Source: an uncultured Oleispira sp. (GTDB lineage Bacteria > Pseudomonadota > Gammaproteobacteria > Pseudomonadales > Oceanobacteraceae). Taken from it: DNA of 64,000 bases. Within the stretch, counting starts at the first letter, position 1; the number at the start of each line of letters is the position of its first letter. The DNA is taken from the NCBI GenBank assembly GCA_963933055.1, contig CAWVSY010000012.1, positions 4,194-68,193 of the forward strand, written 5' to 3'. The position numbers and the translations under genes are program-made. This document shows positions 30,546-40,576 of this stretch, one piece after another. The notes under the pieces are model-generated. The model was given only the letters and a program-made list of their open reading frames with translations. It searched no databases and was not told the DNA's origin.

Positions 30546-31904
30546 ATGAATAAGAATCTAATCGATACCTCTCCTGATAGTGGACCTTTAGTAGCCACTT
30601 TTTTCCGTTTTGTTATTCCTTCTACATTGAGTTTGCTGGCTATTTCGACTGCCAGTGTCGTCGATGGTTTTTTTGTGGGAAATTATATTGGCGCAGAGGC
30701 ATTAGCGGCGGTTAATTTATTGATGCCGTACTTTGCCTTGTTATTTGGTGTGGCTCTGATGTTTGCCGTCGGAGGTTCAGTTAAAGCCAGTATTTATATC
30801 GGCGATAAAAAATACGCTTTAGCGTCATCTATTTTTAGTCAGGTTTTCTTTGTGATACTGGCCATGGCAGCGCTGGCGGTACCCCTGTCTCTTGTCTTTA
30901 GTGAGTATCTGTTTGCTGCTTTGGGGGCTACTCCTTCGTTATATCCCCTGATGCAGAGCTATTTTGAAGTTTTTTGTTTTGTAACGGTTGTGCAACTGAC
31001 CTGTCTGGTGATGTACTACTTTATTCGTGCAGATAACCGACCTGAGTTGGGTATGCGCGCATTGATGTTAGGTGCCTTTGTCAATGTTGCTCTTGATGCA
31101 CTTTTTATAGGCAATTTGGGGTGGGGTATTGAGGGAGCCGCTTGGGCGACCTTGATTGGGCAAGTGATTCAATTGATTTACATTTCAAGCTACTTTTTTT
31201 CTGGCCGCAATAGTTTGAAATTATCCTTTCCGATTTTTAAAATTAAACAATTGGGATTTATTGCCTTTAATGGCTTCTCTGAGTTCATAAATGAATTTTC
31301 CATTGGCTTAGTTATTTTGGTTTTTCATTGGGTTATTAGTCGGCAAAGTGGTATTGAAGGGATTGCAGCATTTAGCGTAGTGAATTATTTAATTTATATC
31401 AGCTTGATGGTGTATTACGGCATCATTGACGCGATGCATGTTCTATTAGGGCAGAATTTTGGGGCGCAGCGTCTTGATCGGGTTAAGGCGTTTATGCGGA
31501 TCGCGGCCCTATCGATTGCGATATTGAGCATTGTTCTGGTGGTTATACTGCATGTTTTTGAAGGCCCAATCATTGCCTTTTTTCTCGATGACGATGCAAA
31601 AAATGCTCAGCAATTAGCGCAGAATTTTTTACATGTTATCTGGCCTATCTTTTTGTTTAACGGTTTTAATGTGCTTATTTGTGCGTATCTCACGTCGGCA
31701 GAGCAAGCGATGCATTCCAGTATTATCGCTATGTTACGTTCATTAATTTTACCCATAAGTTTTGCATTGTTATTCAGCGCAATACTTCCAGGGATGAACT
31801 TTTTATACGCTGTACCTGTAGCAGAAGCCCTCGCATTTGTATTTGCTTTCATCTTTTATATTAATTATCGACCTGCATTATTGATTAAAAAATCACTTAA
31901 ATAA
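30546..31904 (+). CDS. MATE family efflux transporter (candidate siderophore or precursor exporter)
   Basis: 12-TM protein, VVDGFFVGNYIG.EALAAVN, NVALDALFI..LGWGIEGAAWAT, LLGQNFGA. Confidence 0.9.
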   Translation: MNKNLIDTSPDSGPLVATFFRFVIPSTLSLLAISTASVVDGFFVGNYIGAEALAAVNLLMPYFALLFGVALMFAVGGSVKASIYIGDKKYALASSIFSQVFFVILAMAALAVPLSLVFSEYLFAALGATPSLYPLMQSYFEVFCFVTVVQLTCLVMYYFIRADNRPELGMRALMLGAFVNVALDALFIGNLGWGIEGAAWATLIGQVIQLIYISSYFFSGRNSLKLSFPIFKIKQLGFIAFNGFSEFINEFSIGLVILVFHWVISRQSGIEGIAAFSVVNYLIYISLMVYYGIIDAMHVLLGQNFGAQRLDRVKAFMRIAALSIAILSIVLVVILHVFEGPIIAFFLDDDAKNAQQLAQNFLHVIWPIFLFNGFNVLICAYLTSAEQAMHSSIIAMLRSLILPISFALLFSAILPGMNFLYAVPVAEALAFVFAFIFYINYRPALLIKKSLK

Positions 31905-31949
31905 TTTTATTTTATAAAAATAATCATAAAACTTAATCTAAATGATAAA

Positions 31950-31968
31950 TAAAATGAGAATCAATCGT
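31950..31968. promoter_or_regulatory. Possible Fur box upstream of asbA
   Basis: TAAAATGAGAATCAATCGT, 12/19 to consensus, in an AT-rich intergenic region. Confidence 0.5.
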
Positions 31969-32019
31969 ATTTAGTGCGTATACTGCAATTCAAATGGAAA
32001 TTAGTGAGCTAGGGTTCAT

Positions 32020-33927
32020 ATGAAATTTGCAGCAAACAACACTGCTGAGTACGCATCTTTTCACGCTTTTATTAATGCTTACTTACGCGAAATTGACGCC
32101 GGAATTTGGAAGGTCAAAAGCCAATTTTTGGCGTTGTCAGATTTTCCTTATGAGTTAAAGGGTGCTGAGGTTTTAGAACTTCGTTTACCTGAAAGTCAGC
32201 AGTGCATTGTGATGGATGTAGCCTATAAATCTAAAGTAGGTCGTCATCATTTTCAGGGTGTGTATGTGCGCACTGAATACAATGAAGCGCATAGCAGTCC
32301 TTGGCAGTCAGCCGATATCATGTACTTGTTGATTGCTTTGGTTCGGCAGATTTACCAACGACAAAATACACTTTCTATGGGGAGTGAATTGTCAGAATCA
32401 ATAAGAATGAATGAAGTTGAGTTGCTAGGTCGTCTATTAGGCAGCTATCAAACTATGGCGTATTTTCTTAGCCAGCGAGCGGGTGATGCGAGATTAAACA
32501 GTCTTGATTTTATTAATTCCGAGCAATCCATTCTGTACGGACATTGGTTGCACCCAACACCAAAAAGTCAGCAGGGTATTACACCTTGGCAGCAAACGTT
32601 TTATTCCCCTGAATTATGCGGCCGCTTTAAATTACATTATTTCTCTGCTGATAAATCTTTAGCTAAAGAAGGCTCCTCATTAGCGCAAAGTACCAGTGAA
32701 ATTTTATATTCTGAAGTCAGTCGCTACGATTCGATAGAACTGGCGAATGACCATGTTCTCGTTCCGGTTCACCCATTACAGGCTGCTAACTTGTTATTGG
32801 AAAAATGGGTGAAAGATCTCATTGCAGAGGGACGCTTGAACTATCTTGGAGAAAAAGGGGCTGAATATACCGCTACTTCTTCTGTGCGTACGGTCGCTAA
32901 CGAAACGTCTGACTGGATGATAAAGCTATCGATTCCCGTAAAAATAACCAATTCATTACGTACTAATAAACGGCGTGAATTAGAAGACGGAATGGTGATT
33001 GAGAGCTATCTGAATCACATTGGCTTTCTGACGGATCGCCCTCAATTTAAAGTGGTTGATGATCCTGCGTACATCACCATCAATCATCCAAAAGATCATC
33101 AATTAGATTCCGGCTTTGAAGTTGTTTTGCGCCGTAATCCATTCATGAAAGAAAAAGGTCGAGGGGTATGTTCAATTCTTACTCTTGTACAAGACCCGAT
33201 TCCCAATGTCGATGGAACAGCTGGGTCTAGCTTGCTTAATAATATTATTTTAGATCTGGCTGCTAAAGAAAATCGATCGCTCGATCAGGTTGCACTCGAC
33301 TGGTTTGATCGTTATTGGCACTGTGCCATTGAGTCAATATTGTCACTTTATGATGGCTATGGCATCGCATTAGAGGCGCATCAGCAAAACAGTTTATTGG
33401 ATGTCTCAGCAGGTTACCCAAGCTGCTATTACTACCGAGATAATCAAGGATTTTATTTATCAGAACACTTCAAAGCGGAGCTAGCGGACGTTGGAAGTCA
33501 ATTAAATCTCACTAATATTTTTTATGATGATGAAAAAATTTTCACGGCCATTTCCTACTACGTCTTTGTCAATCAGTTATTTGCCGTGATCTACCGCTTA
33601 GGAGCCGATGGCCTAATAGACGAAGGCATCTTGGTGGAGCGCTGTCGTAAAAAATTATTAGAAATGCAAAAAAATATGCAAGGTATCGGTAAAGATTTTA
33701 TTAACTACATTCTGAACAGCGAACGACTGGATTATAAAACCAATCTTTTGGCTCGCGTAAATAATATTGATGAATTACAGGAAGGCATGGAGCACACCGT
33801 TTATTCAACAATCGTGAATCCCCTGTATTTAAAGTCAAATTCTAAATCTGTATCAACAGCAACATCAGTGCTGCAGAAAGATCTTATTAAAGCTGGCGAA
33901 GGTGAGCGAGGTGCAGTCTATGGATAG
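32020..33927 (+). CDS. asbA: NRPS-independent siderophore synthetase (IucA/IucC), petrobactin AsbA-like
   Basis: EQSILYGHWLHPTPKS, VPVHPLQA, TSSVRTV, KLSIPVKITNSLR, ALEAHQQNSL, YYRDNQG. Confidence 0.9.
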   Translation: MKFAANNTAEYASFHAFINAYLREIDAGIWKVKSQFLALSDFPYELKGAEVLELRLPESQQCIVMDVAYKSKVGRHHFQGVYVRTEYNEAHSSPWQSADIMYLLIALVRQIYQRQNTLSMGSELSESIRMNEVELLGRLLGSYQTMAYFLSQRAGDARLNSLDFINSEQSILYGHWLHPTPKSQQGITPWQQTFYSPELCGRFKLHYFSADKSLAKEGSSLAQSTSEILYSEVSRYDSIELANDHVLVPVHPLQAANLLLEKWVKDLIAEGRLNYLGEKGAEYTATSSVRTVANETSDWMIKLSIPVKITNSLRTNKRRELEDGMVIESYLNHIGFLTDRPQFKVVDDPAYITINHPKDHQLDSGFEVVLRRNPFMKEKGRGVCSILTLVQDPIPNVDGTAGSSLLNNIILDLAAKENRSLDQVALDWFDRYWHCAIESILSLYDGYGIALEAHQQNSLLDVSAGYPSCYYYRDNQGFYLSEHFKAELADVGSQLNLTNIFYDDEKIFTAISYYVFVNQLFAVIYRLGADGLIDEGILVERCRKKLLEMQKNMQGIGKDFINYILNSERLDYKTNLLARVNNIDELQEGMEHTVYSTIVNPLYLKSNSKSVSTATSVLQKDLIKAGEGERGAVYG

Positions 33928-35854
33928 TTTAGATAAAGATACAATATTGGTAAAAATTGCAGAACAATTTTGTCCTCAGCATGCTCAATATATAAAAGGT
34001 CCTGAATCTTCTGATAAGGAAGAGCAGCGAGTCGTACGTCAGTTTGTAGAAGCATTACTGTACGAAGAAATTGTTGAATTTAGTTCTGAGGACAGAATAA
34101 ATTTTTCAGCAGAATTTAATCACTTCGATGGCGTATTCGATAATATTTACTCATTCAATATGGGCGGGCGGGCTTTTAGGTGTTTAGGCGCTCGCCGTAT
34201 TTTTGAACGTATTCGAATTGCCGATGGTTCGGTACAGATACTTGAACATGATAAAGAGTATCGTAGTGATAAAGAGTATCGTGAATGCCGAATTGAAGAA
34301 CTCATTTGTTACCTCGATACCGACTCGGAAACCAAGATGCGGCTATTGGGCGAGTTGATGCAGACCATCGCATTATGTCGATGGAATACTCGTTATTTAG
34401 AGCATCATAAAAAACCAAGGCGCAAGCTAAATTTTGCGCAATTAGAATCGGCTATTACAGAAGGCCATCTATATCACCCCAGCTTTAAAGCCAGAACAGG
34501 ATTCACACTGCAGGACCATATTCAATATGGCCCTGAGGCTGCAGGAACGATCCAGTTTCGATGGTTGGCCATTCAATCACAGCATGTTGAGTATAACTAC
34601 CCAAGTGCGAGCATTGATTTCTGGACTGAAGAACTGGGGGAAGAGCAATTTACAGTTTTGAGTAAGCGCCTCGAATCGCTAGGTAAAAACTGGCTGTCTT
34701 ATGCTCTTGTACCCATTCATCCATGGCAGGTAGATGCCATTCAGAATCGTGGTTTGAGTGATGCGATTGATTGTGGTGACATTATTGAATTGGGCGAGGC
34801 GGGTGATTTTTATCAAGCAACCCAATCGTTACGCACCTTAGTCAATGTCAGTCACCCTGAAAAAGCGAATGTCAAAATCCCTTTGAATCTGGTGAGCACG
34901 TCTTCGCATCGTAATTTGCAAGATCATTTTGTGTGTACGGCTCCGGCGATTTCAACATGGTTACAAGAAGTAGTGGCTAAGGATGAGTACTTGCAGCGGG
35001 AAGGTAAGCTGCTGCTGTTAAGTGAATATGCAGGTTTACTTTATAAGCCGGAAGATGAAACAAAAGCCAAAGAGATGGATGGCTTGATCGGTGCTATTTT
35101 CCGCGAAAGTATTGTTGATAAATTGCAGCCAGGTGAAGAGGCTATTCCCTTTACGGCACTTATGTTGGTTGAATCAGATAATCGTCCTTTTATAGCAGAC
35201 TGGTTAGATCGCTATGGCGTTGATGCTTGGGTTAATCGTTTATTAGACGTCATGTTAGTACCTATTTGGCACATGTTGGTTCATAACGGCATTGCCTTTG
35301 AAGCCCATTGCCAAAATCTAATATTAACGCACAAAGACGGCTGGCCTCATCGCATCGCACTGCGCGATTTTCATGAAGATATGGAATACGTAGAAGACTA
35401 TTTAAAATTTCCCGAGCACCTTCCAAAGTTGGCTGAAACCGATTCATATTTTGAAACCATCGCATTAGATGAAGGTTTTAGTATGTCGGACATTGATGAG
35501 TTGCGTGAATTATTTATGGATACCGTTTATGTCCTGAATTTAGCGGATTTGTCTTTCTTATTAGAACGTTACCATGATTATTCTGAAACCCAATTTTGGA
35601 ACCGAGTACGTAATCATCTTAATGGCTATCGTCAATCAGGTATTACCCGTTCAGCACGTATTGATCGTATTGGCGCTGAAAATCCAAGCATTATTGTTGA
35701 GTCGCTACTGAAGAAAAAAATATTAAATGGCGGCACCTTAGATTATTTCGAACACACCGTAAGCAACCCGTTAGCCACTGAGTTGGATAAAAGTGCTGAA
35801 GATAAAATCGCTGAAAATAAAAAGTTGCGACAAGCTGAATCCCAAACAAGTTAA
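33920..35854 (+). CDS. asbB: NIS synthetase, petrobactin AsbB-like
   Basis: EGHLYHPSFKARTGF, VPIHPWQ, TQSLRTL, NTS-like VSTSSHR, AFEAHCQN, ALRDFHE; start ATG 33920 after GAGG. Confidence 0.9.
   Translation: MDSLDKDTILVKIAEQFCPQHAQYIKGPESSDKEEQRVVRQFVEALLYEEIVEFSSEDRINFSAEFNHFDGVFDNIYSFNMGGRAFRCLGARRIFERIRIADGSVQILEHDKEYRSDKEYRECRIEELICYLDTDSETKMRLLGELMQTIALCRWNTRYLEHHKKPRRKLNFAQLESAITEGHLYHPSFKARTGFTLQDHIQYGPEAAGTIQFRWLAIQSQHVEYNYPSASIDFWTEELGEEQFTVLSKRLESLGKNWLSYALVPIHPWQVDAIQNRGLSDAIDCGDIIELGEAGDFYQATQSLRTLVNVSHPEKANVKIPLNLVSTSSHRNLQDHFVCTAPAISTWLQEVVAKDEYLQREGKLLLLSEYAGLLYKPEDETKAKEMDGLIGAIFRESIVDKLQPGEEAIPFTALMLVESDNRPFIADWLDRYGVDAWVNRLLDVMLVPIWHMLVHNGIAFEAHCQNLILTHKDGWPHRIALRDFHEDMEYVEDYLKFPEHLPKLAETDSYFETIALDEGFSMSDIDELRELFMDTVYVLNLADLSFLLERYHDYSETQFWNRVRNHLNGYRQSGITRSARIDRIGAENPSIIVESLLKKKILNGGTLDYFEHTVSNPLATELDKSAEDKIAENKKLRQAESQTS
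34250..34282 (+). repeat. 18-bp-period in-frame duplication (DKEYR-S-DKEYR)
   Basis: GATAAAGAGTATCGT at 34250-34264 and 34268-34282. Confidence 0.85.
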
Positions 35855-35897
35855 TGAATAAAAAATTAACTAAAAGCGAATTAATGAAAGGCTAAAT

Positions 35898-37163
35898 ATG
35901 ATTTATATCAATGATGAACACTACGATAAAAATTATTTTGAGCAGTGTTACCAGAAGTTCAATCAGCATGACGTTCTAGGGAACGGCCAGGGTAAGCGCA
36001 TCACAGCTTGTATCAGCGATGCGGCCGTATGGATTGCGTTGTGTCTGTATGCTCGTGATCACGGAATATCGGTATTTCCTTTGCCAGCGGGTACTCCAGA
36101 AGAAGCATTACGCAGAAGAGCACAACTCAGTAGTAGTCACTACCAAGTGATGGCCGCTTCGATGGCGGAGCTGCTGACAAATATTGAAAAAATAAGTGAT
36201 CACGAAGATGACGTTGAACCTGTATTAGTGCAAATGAGCTCAGGCACAACAGGCGAGCCAAAGTGTATTAATCGCTCTTGGCTGAGTATTGATATCGAAT
36301 TGCAAAACTACATTGAGCACTTTACTGATTTGGCGGAAATGACCGCAGTCGTCGCATGTCCAGTGAATCATTCTTATGGTTTGATCTGCGGTATTTTAGC
36401 CAGTATTAAACGGGGTTCAGAGCCCGTGATTATTACTAACTTTAACCCTAAATATATTATTAAAAAGGTGCGTGAAACAACGACCCCTATCTTATATTCA
36501 TCCCCAGCATTGATCACTACGATCACCATGATGGTAAAAGCGGATCAGCCTATTCATGCCATTATGACGTCTGGCACCTTGATGCAGGCGACCTGGTTAG
36601 AGCAAGCCGCTAATAAATGTGAAAAATTGTATCAGCAATATGGCTGTTCGGAAGTAGGTTGTATCTCTTTGGGTGGAGATATTAAGTCTATTCATGATCA
36701 GGGGATGGTATTACCTCATCTTACTGTTAAGTCTGGATCTTCGGCAGAAGAACCACAAGAAATCATAGTGGCTATACAAGCTAGTACTACAGAAAATAAT
36801 ATTCGTGTTTCAACTCGCGATTTAGGTTTTCTGGATGCCAATAACCGTCTGCATTTTATTTCTCGCATCGATGAAATGATTAATGTGTCAGGACTTAATG
36901 TCTATCCCGCAGAAGTAGAAAAAGTGGTTATGGATATGCCAAATGTTAGCGATGCCGTGGTATTTAAAAAAAGCCACGCATTTGGTAATGACCAAGTATG
37001 TTTGCAGTTTATCGCTGAGCAAGAGATTGCTAACGAAGATATTCGCAGCTGGTGCAGCAAATATTTAAATAAATATCAGGTACCCCTACAGATTGCTCAA
37101 GTTGAAAAAATTGAGCGCTTACCTAACGGCAAGGTTAGTCGTAAAGCACTAGCGCTTGCATAA
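35898..37163 (+). CDS. asbC: 3,4-dihydroxybenzoate-AMP ligase, AsbC-like
   Basis: MSSGTTGEPK adenylation motif, QQYGCSEVG, TRDLG, NVSGLNVYP, LPNGKVSR; position in asb cluster. Confidence 0.88.
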   Translation: MIYINDEHYDKNYFEQCYQKFNQHDVLGNGQGKRITACISDAAVWIALCLYARDHGISVFPLPAGTPEEALRRRAQLSSSHYQVMAASMAELLTNIEKISDHEDDVEPVLVQMSSGTTGEPKCINRSWLSIDIELQNYIEHFTDLAEMTAVVACPVNHSYGLICGILASIKRGSEPVIITNFNPKYIIKKVRETTTPILYSSPALITTITMMVKADQPIHAIMTSGTLMQATWLEQAANKCEKLYQQYGCSEVGCISLGGDIKSIHDQGMVLPHLTVKSGSSAEEPQEIIVAIQASTTENNIRVSTRDLGFLDANNRLHFISRIDEMINVSGLNVYPAEVEKVVMDMPNVSDAVVFKKSHAFGNDQVCLQFIAEQEIANEDIRSWCSKYLNKYQVPLQIAQVEKIERLPNGKVSRKALALA

Positions 37164-37225
37164 ATAGGCGCTTGCATCAACGTCGGTATTTTTAAAGAAA
37201 AACGAATAACTAGATTGATAAAATT

Positions 37226-38521
37226 ATGATGACAAAAGAACAGATTGTTGAATCCCTATTCAAAGTATTAAGCGAGAACATGTCTCTGTTGAATATGGAT
37301 AAATTCCACAGCGATGCCCGTTTATTAGAAGACCTAGCATTAGATTCATCCATGGTATTGCACATGCTGATGTTGCTCGAAGTGGAGTATGAAATGGCGA
37401 TGGATGAAAATGCCTTAATGAATGAAGATTTTGAAACCGTACGAGCGGTTGCCAATATTTTATATGCAGGCCAAAACCTACCAAAGCATGAAAAGGGTCT
37501 TGAAGTTTATGAAGACGTTAAGATCCATTGTGTTGCTAGTAATTTGGCCGAAGTCGTAAAGCGTTTTCCACAATTAGATCATCGCATTTTGTATTTTGCT
37601 GTGTCCGACGCAAATGCCTGTATCGATGATCGTTTTGTTTTGACCTACCATAACGAAAATATCAATCACGATATTTTCTTTAACTGGTACGAGCGCCTTT
37701 ATGGAATGCCGATTCGTCCTTGGTATGACAAGCAAGCGAGCAAAGAACAGAACCTAGCGATATTAGAAACTCTGGTGCAGAAGCGAGCGCCTGGCCAGCA
37801 TATTTTAGTGATGTTAGACATGTTCCATTTACCTGAACGGGAGAATGAATTCAATAAAGATCCTTTTCCTCATTATGTCATGTTGGGACCGACCAATAAT
37901 CCTGATCTTTGGTTTATGTATGACCCAGATTATCGTTGGGAAGGTGTATTTAACAAAGATCGAATTTTAAACGCAGTGGCTCAGCCAACCGTATCCGGTG
38001 GTTATGTGTTTTCTGAACAAGGCGCGAGAGCAACTCCGGTTGAAGAAGTTATCGCTTTTTTTGACGCCTCTGTCGTGCCAGATGCTAATCCCGTTACGGA
38101 TATGATTCGCGCAATCATCACTGCTCACATTAACGGTGAAGATAAAAATGGCGAGCCGTTACCGCTAGAAAATTTAATCAAAGCGGTAGAAGAAATACCG
38201 GTTATGTCACCGCGTAAATACGCCTATGAACATGGCTTTGCATTTTTCTGGCGTGAGCTGGAGCTGCCAGAGCAAGAGTTTGACGATTGGTGTGATGTGA
38301 TTGATGAGTTAGCAAAAACCTACAAGCTGATTCAATTTAATGCCATGAAATTAGCGGTGACAAAAAAAGAAGCCTTTGCTGAAAAATTATTCCAGTTATT
38401 AGATCAGCAAGACGAAAGAGAATTCAAACTTAAGCAACGTTTAATTGAAGTGAAAGATAGTTGGGCAAAAACCATGCTCGAGCCGTCTGATACTCAGCAA
38501 CTAGAAGGGGCCTGTCTGTGA
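37226..38521 (+). CDS. asbDE: Fused aryl carrier protein (AsbD) plus AsbE-like amide ligase
   Basis: N-terminal about 85 aa carrier with LALDSS phosphopantetheine serine, then KIHCV...LDMFHLPERENEFNKDPFPHYVML typical of AsbE; single open frame. Confidence 0.82.
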   Translation: MMTKEQIVESLFKVLSENMSLLNMDKFHSDARLLEDLALDSSMVLHMLMLLEVEYEMAMDENALMNEDFETVRAVANILYAGQNLPKHEKGLEVYEDVKIHCVASNLAEVVKRFPQLDHRILYFAVSDANACIDDRFVLTYHNENINHDIFFNWYERLYGMPIRPWYDKQASKEQNLAILETLVQKRAPGQHILVMLDMFHLPERENEFNKDPFPHYVMLGPTNNPDLWFMYDPDYRWEGVFNKDRILNAVAQPTVSGGYVFSEQGARATPVEEVIAFFDASVVPDANPVTDMIRAIITAHINGEDKNGEPLPLENLIKAVEEIPVMSPRKYAYEHGFAFFWRELELPEQEFDDWCDVIDELAKTYKLIQFNAMKLAVTKKEAFAEKLFQLLDQQDEREFKLKQRLIEVKDSWAKTMLEPSDTQQLEGACL

Positions 38522-39381
38522 AATATTCCGTTTGCACCATTTCTTTCCGCCATCAGTTGATATCACTGGAACGCATTGCCAATTGGGCGAAAGCGCATCA
38601 GTTTGACGCGATTGAGCTGTGGGGCGTGCATGCCAAGAACCTTCGTCAATCACCAGATTTCACTCTAGAGAGTTTGGTCGAAAAAGGTTTGTCAGTATCA
38701 ATGGTCAGTGATTATTTGCCTTTAGACGGAGATCTAAAGGTTGCGTTAGAAGGCGCTAAATCACTGTGCACGATTACACGTTCTTGGGGGGCTAAAAAAT
38801 TACGTACTTTTTCTGGCAACAAACCCAGTGCAGGCATGAGTATGAGAGAACGAGCAGCCTGTACTAAGCGCTTGCGCGAATATTGCAAAATAGCAGCGGA
38901 CTATGGGGTTTATCTTATTGTTGAAACGCACCCCAATACATTAGCGGATACCTTGGCATCGACTCTTCAGTTAATTGAAGAAGTGAATCACCCGGCATTG
39001 CGTATTAATTTTGATGTGATCCATGTTTGGGAAATGGGCAGTGATCCGATCGTTGCACTCGATCAGCTCGCGCCTTTAATAGAGCACATGCATTTTAAAA
39101 ACATCACTCAACGTAATCTTTTGAATGTTTTTAATCCCGGTAATGTTTATGCCCCCGCAGGCACTCGTGAAGGTATGACGCCAATTTTCAACGGCGAATA
39201 CGATTTCAAGCAGTTCTTAGATTATTTGATGAAAGAGTCCGCTATACCGTGGCAAAACATGGATGCTTCGTTGGAGTGGTTCGGACCGGATGTCTTCACT
39301 ACTCTGGATAACGATCGTAAAGAACTCGCGAAACTGGAATCACACTTTATCCAACAGTCCCAGCCAGAGCTAACGATATGA
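38518..39381 (+). CDS. asbF: 3-dehydroshikimate dehydratase (3,4-DHB synthase)
   Basis: MKYSVCTISFRHQLIS...IELWGVHA, VETHPNTLADT, NFDVIHVWE, HMHFKNI; nearly identical start to Bacillus AsbF. Confidence 0.93.
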   Translation: MKYSVCTISFRHQLISLERIANWAKAHQFDAIELWGVHAKNLRQSPDFTLESLVEKGLSVSMVSDYLPLDGDLKVALEGAKSLCTITRSWGAKKLRTFSGNKPSAGMSMRERAACTKRLREYCKIAADYGVYLIVETHPNTLADTLASTLQLIEEVNHPALRINFDVIHVWEMGSDPIVALDQLAPLIEHMHFKNITQRNLLNVFNPGNVYAPAGTREGMTPIFNGEYDFKQFLDYLMKESAIPWQNMDASLEWFGPDVFTTLDNDRKELAKLESHFIQQSQPELTI

Positions 39382-40535
39382 AAATGAGCACACCTTATTA
39401 CCTAATTGATGAGACTCGCATGTTAAAGGCGATGGAACGTATCGCTTATGTGCGTGAGTGTAGTGGTGCCAAAAGTGTTCTCGCATTGAAATGTTTTTCT
39501 AGCTGGTGCGTATTTGATTTTATGAAGGACTATATGGCTGGAACAACGAGTAGTAGTTTATATGAAGCGCGTTTAGGTTATGAGAAATTTGGTGGCGAAA
39601 CCCATGGTTACAGTGTTGCTTATAGCGAAGATGAAATTCCTGAACTCGTTGAGTACTGCGACAAAGTTATTTTCAATTCGTTGAATCAATTAGAGCAATA
39701 CAAAGCGCAGGTAAAAGAAAAAGGCCGTTCAATTGGGCTGCGTATAAATCCAGAAGTAGGCCATTCCGAATACGGTTTAAGTGATACGGTTGCAAAATAT
39801 TCACGCCTCGGGGTACGTCACGATTTGTTGCCTGACAATATCACCGATGAAATTGAGGGTGCTATGTTTCACATGAATTGTGAAAACGATGACTTCACAA
39901 GCCTTAGTCAACAGCTGGATGAAATTGAACGCCGTTTTTCTACGATTCTGCCTAAGTTGAACTGGCTTAGTTTAGGCGGTGGTATTGCCTTTACCCGTGA
40001 TGGTTATGCATTGAATGCTTTATGTGGCCGCCTCAAATTATTAGCTGAAACTTATGACTTGCAAGTATACCTAGAACCAGGTGAAGCATCGGTCACTCAA
40101 TCCACTTCCCTTGTCGTTAAGGTATTAGACAAGGTAGACAACCAATTATCAACGTTGATCGTCGACGCCGGTGTTGAAACTCATTTGCTGGATGTATTGG
40201 TTTACAAGTTTACGCCTGAACTAGAAGGTGCAGAACCAATCGCAGAAGAAAATATAGAAGCCGCATTACAACAAGCGTTACAAGAAGGTAAGTCTGTTTA
40301 TCGTATTAGTGGACGTACCTGTTTGGCGGGTGATGTATTCGGAACCTATATTTTCAATCAAAAAGTTGAAATAGGGGATGAACTGAGATTCACCGATGTC
40401 GCTGGTTATTCCATGGTGAAGAAAAATTTCTTCAACGGAATCAAAATGCCCGCCATTTGCCATAAAAATATTCATGGAGAAACCCGCGTCATTCGCGAGT
40501 TTGATTACGAAGATTTTCGAGACTTTTTGTCTTAA
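39378..40535 (+). CDS. nspC: Carboxy(nor)spermidine decarboxylase
   Basis: TPYYLIDE, LALKCFS, SSLYEARLG, LSLGGG, YLEPGEA, TCLAGD, YSMVKKNFFNG. Confidence 0.93.
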   Translation: MKMSTPYYLIDETRMLKAMERIAYVRECSGAKSVLALKCFSSWCVFDFMKDYMAGTTSSSLYEARLGYEKFGGETHGYSVAYSEDEIPELVEYCDKVIFNSLNQLEQYKAQVKEKGRSIGLRINPEVGHSEYGLSDTVAKYSRLGVRHDLLPDNITDEIEGAMFHMNCENDDFTSLSQQLDEIERRFSTILPKLNWLSLGGGIAFTRDGYALNALCGRLKLLAETYDLQVYLEPGEASVTQSTSLVVKVLDKVDNQLSTLIVDAGVETHLLDVLVYKFTPELEGAEPIAEENIEAALQQALQEGKSVYRISGRTCLAGDVFGTYIFNQKVEIGDELRFTDVAGYSMVKKNFFNGIKMPAICHKNIHGETRVIREFDYEDFRDFLS

Positions 40536-40576
40536 CTTTTAGTCTGAGCTTTTTAAAAATTTGGGGGGAATATGTT

